Assembly: GCA_964016885.1 (NCBI GenBank)
Contig: OZ024743.1
Location: forward strand, 219,976,001-220,040,000
Source: Eledone cirrhosa
Lineage: Eukaryota
DNA length: 64,000 nucleotides
Direction: 5' to 3'
Below the pieces are notes generated by a model. The model ran no database searches. It saw only the letters and a program-made list of their open reading frames with translations, and was not told the DNA's origin. The position numbers and the translations under genes are program-made. Shown here piece after piece: positions 56,559-64,000 of the stretch; position 1 is the first letter of the stretch; the number at the start of each line of letters is the position of its first letter.

Positions 56559-56561
<3 letters not shown>
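56422..56561. repeat. 140-bp hairpin (63-bp arms, 1 mismatch, 14-nt loop)
   Basis: TGGAGCGCTTGCCAGCATAA...CCCGCCGAAAT / ATTTCGGCGGG...TTATGCTGGCAAGCGCTCCA, followed by (TA)n. Confidence 0.95.
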
Positions 56562-56611
<50 letters not shown>

Positions 56612-56689
56612 TATATACATATGTGTGTGTGTGTGTGTATGTGTGTGTGCGCGGCCGTATCCATGTGTGTGTGTTTATGTGTTTGGGAC

Positions 56690-56985
56690 CTCCGAGGTTC
56701 CGACAACGAGTGTTCCAGTTGATTCAATCAAAAAGAATAGCATACTCGTGAAATTAATGTGCTTATGAGTGATCATTCCACAGACACGTGTACTTTTAAC
56801 GCACTTTTGAGGGAGATTTAGCGCAAGGCTGGTCCTATGAATTACAGATATAACTATTTTTTTTTTTGACAGCTGGTTGGATTGGAGCAAAGAGAAATAT
56901 AGTGTCTTGCTAAACGATATAATTCGCTGTCGGGAATCAAACTCATGAGCCGAACACCCTAACTATTAAGACACGCACCTTCTCA
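56690..56985 (-). mobile_element. CORE-like SINE, degenerate (related copy at ~60565-60810)
   Basis: Shared TTCCGAC...GAGTGTTCCAG, CCA.AGACACGTGTACT.TTAAC and TGTCTTGCT.AA motifs in both copies. Confidence 0.7.
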
Positions 56986-57264
56986 ACCCTAGTAATATGA
57001 CATAGAATTATTTAACAGCTCGAGTTACGGTTATGGCTATTATTTAACTGATTTGGTTTAAGAATAATTTATTTACTTCACCATTTACATCATATATTCC
57101 CCAAGGCAATGATATATATCTATATTTTTCTTCTTTCCCTGTGATATTGCTTTAGTAAGAAATAATAATCATGTAAAAATGGGGCTACCACCCCTAATCT
57201 TCTTAAATTTGTTTCCAAACTCCGCTGTTCTACCTTGTTCTCTCTCTCTCCCCGAACTCTCCAT

Positions 57265-57300
57265 TTTCTGAAGAATGACTTATGTCCGAAGCGCGTCGAA
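57265..57300 (+). ncRNA. Degenerate minimal hammerhead (Penelope pLTR type)
   Basis: TTT-CTGAAGA-AT GAC TTAT GTC C-GAAG-CGCG-TC-GAA, with a GAAA>GAAG substitution. Confidence 0.5.
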
Positions 57301-57440
57301 TGCTCCTCTTCTTCCTCCTAAGCGTAGTGCTAATAAGACTTTGTGGCTTTACACTCTGTGTTTGTGTTGTCATTTCTTATTTAACTATACATGCATACAT
57401 ACATACATACATACATACATACATACATACATGCATGCAT

Positions 57441-57544
<104 letters not shown>

Positions 57545-57730
57545 GTGGTGTGTGTGACTGTATACTTTGATCCACTCTTATATATGTTTATACATACACC
57601 ATTTATGTATGCCTACAAACACATATCTATGTATAAACATACACACAGGCAATATATATAATATATATACTTGCCTTTCATGCCTATATATATATATATA
57701 TATATGCACACACACATATGTATACACATG

Positions 57731-57780
<50 letters not shown>

Positions 57781-57785
<5 letters not shown>

Positions 57786-58180
57786 ACATGAAACAATCAC
57801 AGGGAATAATTTGTAAAGTGTGTAATCACACGTAGCTAGGTAGGTAACTAATTAAAGTTTAACTAGAGCTTCAAATATTACCTTTTAAAAAATTATTAAT
57901 CCTCCTTGTATATATTTTATTAAAGAAATATATTTCACCAATAATCCGTAAAGTCACAGTAGTCAAATCTTGGATCTTCAGCAAGGGGGAAGAAATAACT
58001 ATCTGTGTTTACACGTCAAATGCAAATCTGCGAGTGACCCGTCGGACGTGTTGCAATTCTAAAACTACTAACAACATGCCAGCGTCTTCCCATTGGCGTG
58101 AATAGGGTGGTCGACAGCTATAAATAGCAGCCGATTCCTTTCAACTGAGTTAGCTCTACAATTAAGGGGCCGTTTATATA
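57781..58180 (-). mobile_element. Penelope-like pseudo-LTR segment carrying a hammerhead
   Basis: Contains the hammerhead at 57901-57989. Its downstream tail (57781-57846) is the same sequence as the arm interior of the 58181-58568 foldback. It abuts (TA)n. Confidence 0.6.
57901..57989 (-). ncRNA. Type I hammerhead ribozyme motif
   Basis: Minus strand reads CCCCCTTG-CTGAAGA-TCCAA...TTGGT-GAAA-TATATTT CTTTAATA AAATATA-T-A-CAAGGAGG: stem I 5+2 bp, stem III 8 bp and an AUA triplet. Confidence 0.8.
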
Positions 58181-58564
58181 TCTGAAATAAATTAAATTAA
58201 ATTAAATTAAAGGAGTCATGTCCAAGACATGCGCCATATCCACTGTAGAATAAGCTCAAAGATTCCAATGAATAGATCCGAGCATTTTATATCAACTAGA
58301 AATTGATTGACATATTTTTAAAATAAACACATGAAACAATCAGAGGCGATAATTTGTAAAGTGTGTAATCACACATAACTAGGTAGGTATATTCCCTGTG
58401 ATTGTTTCATGTGTTTATTTTAAAAATATATTTATATGTCAATCAATTTCTAGTTGATATAAAATGCTCGGATCTATTCATTGGAATCTTTGAGCTTATT
58501 CTACAGTGGATATGGCGCATGTCTCGGATATGACTCCCTTAATTTAATTTAATTAAATTTATTT

Positions 58565-58568
<4 letters not shown>
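58181..58568. mobile_element. 388-bp foldback element with ~165-bp inverted arms
   Basis: TCTGAAATAAATTAAATT...GGAGTCATGTCC...GAAACAATCA / TGATTGTTTC...GGATATGACTCC...TTTATTTCGGA, flanked by TA repeats. Confidence 0.9.
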
Positions 58569-58622
<54 letters not shown>

Positions 58623-58623
<1 letters not shown>

Positions 58624-58978
58624 TAGGGTGGGTAAAATTCCCGAGATCCATGGACGAGTTCTCTCCAGCGGTCTCTGTCCCTCATTATCACTGCCATGTT
58701 CTGCGTCTCCAACAGACCAGTGTCTGTCCTTAGGGCATCAACATACGTTAACCTTGATCTTCCTCTTCCAGTGTGTACATGTAGGGGCTCCCACAGGAGC
58801 ACTGAGTGCAACGTCAACTCTGGATGTCGGTGAGCATGTCCAGCTAACCTCAGTCTCCTCTGTGTCACTTTTGAGCTGACTTTTGGGAGGCTCCCATACA
58901 GCTCTGAGTTGTTCTTCCTCAGTGTATACTGATTAATGTTCAGAGCCAGCCTCAGCATTCTCGTGTAGCACCCATCCA

Positions 58979-58982
<4 letters not shown>
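58623..58982 (-). mobile_element. 3' fragment of an RTE-type LINE embedded in (TA)n
   Basis: Open frame [15 protein letters not shown]...[12 protein letters not shown]...LLWEP...[11 protein letters not shown]...[11 protein letters not shown]...PP*, with (TA)n on both sides. Confidence 0.85.
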
Positions 58983-59071
<89 letters not shown>

Positions 59072-59083
59072 CATACACACACT

Positions 59084-59115
<32 letters not shown>

Positions 59116-59164
59116 CATATATATGTATATATATATTTACTAACAAACACACACGCATATATAT

Positions 59165-60030
59165 ATATATTTGATATATCTCATATGAAATGATACAGCC
59201 AATTTTCCACACAATACAATTAGTTAGCACCCCGAACGTTTAATTAGGAATATACTCAGGTATTTCCTAATGTTTGTTGAGTGAGCTGGAATTTGGCCGG
59301 AGTATCGCTATTAGCTTTCTCCGATAATGTATTTATATATTTACTCTTGGAGCAACAGATATGAACTTTCACGATATAAGGTACTACTCTCTTTGTTTAT
59401 TTTTTTTATATGAATATTGATTGTTTGTTCTTGTATCTCATTCTGTTATTTTGCCAGAGAAAATATCTATATGTGTCATCAAGCGATGCGCACATATGGT
59501 TATTTTTTCATATCCAATTGAGTTCTAGCACGTGGCTTGAATTCTTTTCAGCATTCATTGAGTTGCGCATGTATTGTTTTTTGGCGGTAATCCCCTTCCT
59601 TCTATTTTCGAGACAGTGTGAGATTTTCTTTAGAACTGCTGGACTAACAACCTAGCAGCTCCCTCAAGCACTGATGGTGATTATCGCTAAATATCGATGT
59701 TGATTTAGTTATCAATATTAATATTATTGGGCACCCACTGAAGAATTATAAGAGCCCACTTGAATAAGTATCTGTTGATCTTATACAAGCTTCTACATGA
59801 ATTGGTATAATTTCACCCAACTTGTAGAAATCTTATAGTGAAACGAGACTGGGAAGAGATATATTTGATATGTCTCATATGAAATGATACAGCCAATTTT
59901 CCACACAATACAATTAGTTAGCACCCCGAACGTTTAATTAGGAATATACTATTATTTCCTAATGTTTGTTGAGTGAGTTAGAATTTGGCCAGAGTATCGC
60001 TATTAGCTTTCTCCGATAATGTATTTATAT
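59165..60030 (+). mobile_element. Retrozyme-like non-coding element: ~170-bp direct repeats 694 bp apart, with a hammerhead just before the second repeat
   Basis: TCATATGAAATGATACAGCC...CTCCGATAATGTATTTATAT starts at 59181 and 59875. Flanked by (TA)n, with no credible ORF. Confidence 0.7.
59734..59853 (+). ncRNA. Type I hammerhead motif with long stem II; cleavage triplet apparently mutated (GAC)
   Basis: CCCA-CTGAAGA-ATTATAAGA...TCTTATAGT-GAAA-CGAG-AC-TGGG: 4-bp stem I, 9-bp stem II and inner helix TTCTACA/TGTAGAA. Confidence 0.7.
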
Positions 60031-60334
60031 ATATATATATATACACACACATATATATATGAGTGTGTGTGTCTGTTACGAAATATGTAAATAAATAAAT
60101 ATATATATATATATTTATATATATATATATATATTTATTTATTTATATATTTGGTAACAGACACACATACACTAATATATATATATATATATATATATCA
60201 TTAGACGTGTCCGTCGAACCTGCGGGTCCAGAATCAGACAGATCCACACAATGATCGCGTCTCGAGCTGTCAGCCGGCGAAACAATTGTAACACATAATA
60301 AATTGAGTTCAGATGCATCACTGATTTTTCGTTT

Positions 60335-60407
<73 letters not shown>

Positions 60408-60451
60408 TATAGGATTATCCAAGATGTAGTAATGGTTAATATATATATATA

Positions 60452-60530
60452 TAGTGCAAATTTAGACGGGAACAAAACAGAGAGGCAGACAAATAAAGGT
60501 TTATTAGGTTCACGCTCTTGAGAGTGGGGG
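60452..60530 (-). mobile_element. Short 3'-terminal piece of the element at 62812
   Basis: ACGGGAACAAAACAGAGAGGCAG..CAAA.AAAGGTTTATTA..TTCACGCTCTTGAGAGTGGGG is shared with 62825-62889. Both copies start at a TA tract. Confidence 0.8.
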
Positions 60531-60934
60531 TATGTTTGTATGTACATGCATACATACAAGTTGTTGGACCGCAGTCGGTTCCGACGATGAGTGTTCCAGC
60601 AGAACAATCTAGTCATAAAATTAATATGCAAGTGGCAGAACATTCCATAGACACGTGTACTCTTAACTCAATTCTAAGGGATATTCGGCGTAACACATAT
60701 GTAACAAGACTGACCCTTTGACTTACAGGTACAACTAATTTTGCTAGGTGAGTGGACTGGAGCGACGAGAAGTCTAATGTCTTGCTCAAGGACACGATAC
60801 ATTGCTGTGGCTGATACATACATACAAGATCGTAGGCCTATGCACACACTCATATACACACACTCACACATATAATTCTAATAATGTTTTTATTTCATTC
60901 ATATATGTAATATATTTATATTATATACCGTATT

Positions 60935-60980
<46 letters not shown>

Positions 60981-62332
60981 CACACACACACACACGCATA
61001 TATATATATAAATATATATATATATAGAGAGAGAGAGATACATAGATATCAAAAGCGATAAACGAATAGAAAAAGTAGAAGCGGAAGGGGGAGGAGGAAG
61101 AGGCGTGGAAGAAAGAGGAGGATTTGTGGTTGCTATAGCGAGAGTTAAAGCTAGCAGCAGCAGTAAATCATCATCTTACTTGATGTTAGTGTATTAGAAA
61201 ATGGCAAATAACGCTGGAATATGACTCCTTAGAAGAGCGTTTACAAGTGGCTGGCTGTATTGAGAAAATATATATCGTTTTTATATCATTGCAATCTATG
61301 TCTTCCATAGATCGTATGAAATAGTTGATCACTAATGCATTATGGAAGACTACAAGAGATTAAATTATTTTTCAATTTCCCCTCGCGGCTCCTAAAATTG
61401 ATCCATAATATTCGCTTGATATTAAAGGGAAGTTAATATTTTCCTCTCGAAGATTATTTTCAATTTCCTTTTATATCTCAGATTTTCAACTAATTCTTTT
61501 ATCGTTTTCAGAAATTTACTTGGAAAATAAGAATTCGTAAAGAAAATGAGAAAAAAAGAAGGATGGTTTCGAGAAAGTCTGCGCATTGCAAATTAAAAAT
61601 AAAGGAGTGAAAACGAGAGTAAAATTATACAAAACAAAATAAGTTTACACATTTACCCTATATTTTACGATATTTCGAGGTTAGGGGGCCTTTTAAAAAT
61701 AAGATGAAATTAAGTTTTCCGCTCATATCTATACAGTTTTAGGTGTTTTCTTTTTGTTTTTTAATGAATCCATGACCTTATGGAGTCCAACATCCTAAAA
61801 ACTAGGCTAAGAAATGACATGGTGGGAAATGATAATGGTGAGCTGAGCTCTCCTCAATCACCACCACACATTCTCCCTTTTTTTGAAAAAGAGTTCCCTA
61901 CCCGAAGTATCATGAAATATATAACAGGTAGAGCCAAGAATACCTATTTCAAACAGCTCATTAAGTACTTTAGTTATCAGTACTAAGCATACATGGCTTA
62001 TATAGGTTACAGGTATATAAAATTATAGGTAGTGTATATTGGACTTAAAAGTATATTGAAGAGGTAAAATCCCAACGGGGAGCCCAGCTGTTTTAACTTG
62101 AGTTCTGAAAGGTATTTTCCAAGGTAAAATACCTGTGGAACTCAAATTAAAATGTGTAAATGCGCCGTTGGAGTTCTATCGCTTCTATATACCACTTTGC
62201 ATCTTATCCAGCATCGAATACTATCCTAATTTGCGGGCTTCTCGGTCTTCGTACCGTAGCCACTCCATATATATATAAATATATACATATTCTCAATGTC
62301 TTTCAATTTCTTCTTTTATTTCTCATTCTATC

Positions 62333-62620
62333 TTTTGATGAAGGACTACTTTCCGAAACGTCAAAACTCTTTTCCTACTATATCAAGCGTTAACAAATAA
62401 ATTTCTTCATTGTACTGTGTCATTTGCTTTGTTATTTCTTTTTACTTTTGGCATTTCCAAGAGATGACAACATGAATGGACCTGTTATTTTTCTCTAAAA
62501 ACATTTTTCCAATTCCACCCCGCCCATTCCTTCAATCTATGTAATTTCTCTTTCTTTCTTCCGATGAAGGACTACCGTCCGAAACGTTAAGGCCCTCTTC
62601 CTACTATTTCAAGCGTTAAT
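62333..62620 (+). ncRNA. Two tandem minimal hammerhead motifs, 225 bp apart
   Basis: TTGATGA-AGGACTACTTTCC-GAAA-CG-TC (62336) and CCGATGA-AGGACTACCGTCC-GAAA-CG-TT (62561), each followed by CTCTT..CCTACTAT.TCAAGCGTTAA. Confidence 0.65.
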
Positions 62621-62694
62621 CTAATATATTCCTACCATATACTATACCGGTTGTGTAGTTATTTCTGTTTATCTTTTACATGCATACATACATA

Positions 62695-62757
<63 letters not shown>

Positions 62758-62811
62758 ATAATAAATGTGTAGACTAAAATCTGTTCCTATAATATATATA
62801 TATATATATAT

Positions 62812-64000
62812 AGTTAAAAATTGAACGGGAACAAAACAGAGAGGCAGTACAAACAAAGGTTTATTAATTTCACGCTCTTGAGAGTGGGGTGGTGGTGGGG
62901 AACGACGTTTCGGGCACAAGCCCTTCTTCAGGTGAAAAATGTGTGGGAAGAGAGTTCAAAGGGTGTGTAGGGGAGTGGTGGAGAGACATATAGCAAAAAG
63001 GGGGTGAGAGGAAACGGTGCAAATGAAATTAAAAATAAAGGCATGATCAAAATAAAATTAAAATGGGGTAAAATAGGTGGTGGAAGGGTGTGGGGCCTGT
63101 AGGGGTGGTGGCGGGTGGAGTGGGGAGAGGGAAACGGGGTGTCCGAGCGGGGAGGGCTGAAGGTGGTGTGTGTGTGTAGGTGTACGTGTGTGTGTGTGTA
63201 TGTGAAAGCAAGGGTTGGGGGGAAGAACGGGGTTGCATGTTCAGGAAGAGGTGTGTGTGGGGTGGGGTGTAGGTCGGAGTGTGTGTGCGTGTGTGGATAG
63301 AGGGTGGGGGAGAGGATTCCGGAGGCTGAATGTGTAAATATGTGGTGGTACGCACGTGTGTGTGTGGTGTTTATGCGTGTTGTGGATGTAGGTGGCGTGT
63401 GGGAAAAACATTTTTTTGGGGGGTGTTATGTGGGGTGAGTCATAAAGGTAATTCCGTAAAAAGATGTGGTGGAATGCTGAGTAAAATCCTGGGATGCGGT
63501 GGATTCTCGGGATCAAGGTTCACATATGTGTAATCCGTGAAGAGATTGGTCGGAAGAGGGGAGATGTGGGGTGCGCGCGCTACTGGAAGTGGTCAGAGGG
63601 TCAAGGCAGGAGGAGTGTTGTGTGTCTCTGTGTGCGGGGAGGTGGTCAGAGGGCATAGCAGCAGTAGGGTAGAATGGTAAGTGAAGGTGTGTTGTGTGTC
63701 TGTGTGTGCGGGGAGGTGGTCAGAGGGCATAGCAGCAGTAGGGTAGAATGGTAAGTGAAGGTGTGTCAGTGTGTGCGGTGGACAGGGGAGAGGATGGGTA
63801 GGTGTGAAAGTTGGAGTGGGGAGGGTGTGTGTGTGTACTAGTAGAGGTGTTAGTGGGATGAGTGAGTGTTTGAGAAAGGGTGTGGGTGGAGCGGGGAGAG
63901 AAGGGTGTGGGGGACGATGGAGGGAGTGTAGTGTACTGGTGTGTGTGTGTGTGGTGAAGGGGGTGTTAGTGGGTGTTAGTATACAGGAGGTGGAGAAAGG
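62812..64000 (-). mobile_element. Penelope-like element end with a strongly G/T-skewed body, continuing beyond the window
   Basis: The terminus abuts (TA)n; the minus strand carries AATAAA and a hammerhead. There is a 74-bp tandem duplication at ~63615-63765. Confidence 0.5.
62902..62933 (-). ncRNA. Minimal hammerhead with intact core
   Basis: Minus strand reads AC-CTGAAGA-A-GGGC TTGT GCCC-GAAA-CG-TC-GT. Confidence 0.7.

Noticed and set aside
63430-63600. Possible C-terminus of a minus-strand ORF entering from the right edge
   Set aside because: The frame is closed by a stop at 63593-63595 and shows no recognisable domain.

Overview
This is gene-poor, repeat-saturated animal genomic DNA. 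The (TA)n/(CA)n microsatellite density and the SINE/RTE families suggest a coleoid cephalopod, probably Octopus (inference). Bases 1-26.87 kb are one tandem array of a 63-bp satellite (~425 units). The unit is a dimer of a ~31/32-bp ancestor, with two binary variant sites, a 64-bp variant and nested higher-order duplications; its long ORFs are periodicity artefacts. The remaining 37 kb holds a 139-bp minisatellite and an apparently intact RTE-clade LINE (APE endonuclease + RT with an inserted PHD finger, (GAT)n tail) nested inside a foldback element. It also holds several 5'-truncated LINE ends, many tRNA-derived SINEs and a 200-N gap. The most notable signal is a set of about ten hand-folded type I hammerhead-ribozyme motifs. 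They lie in small non-coding islands embedded in or next to (TA)n tracts, arranged as inverted pairs, tandem repeats and one 694-bp retrozyme-like monomer, which points to a diverse population of Penelope-like/retrozyme elements. No host protein-coding exon was recognised. All structures were read by eye and are unverified computationally.
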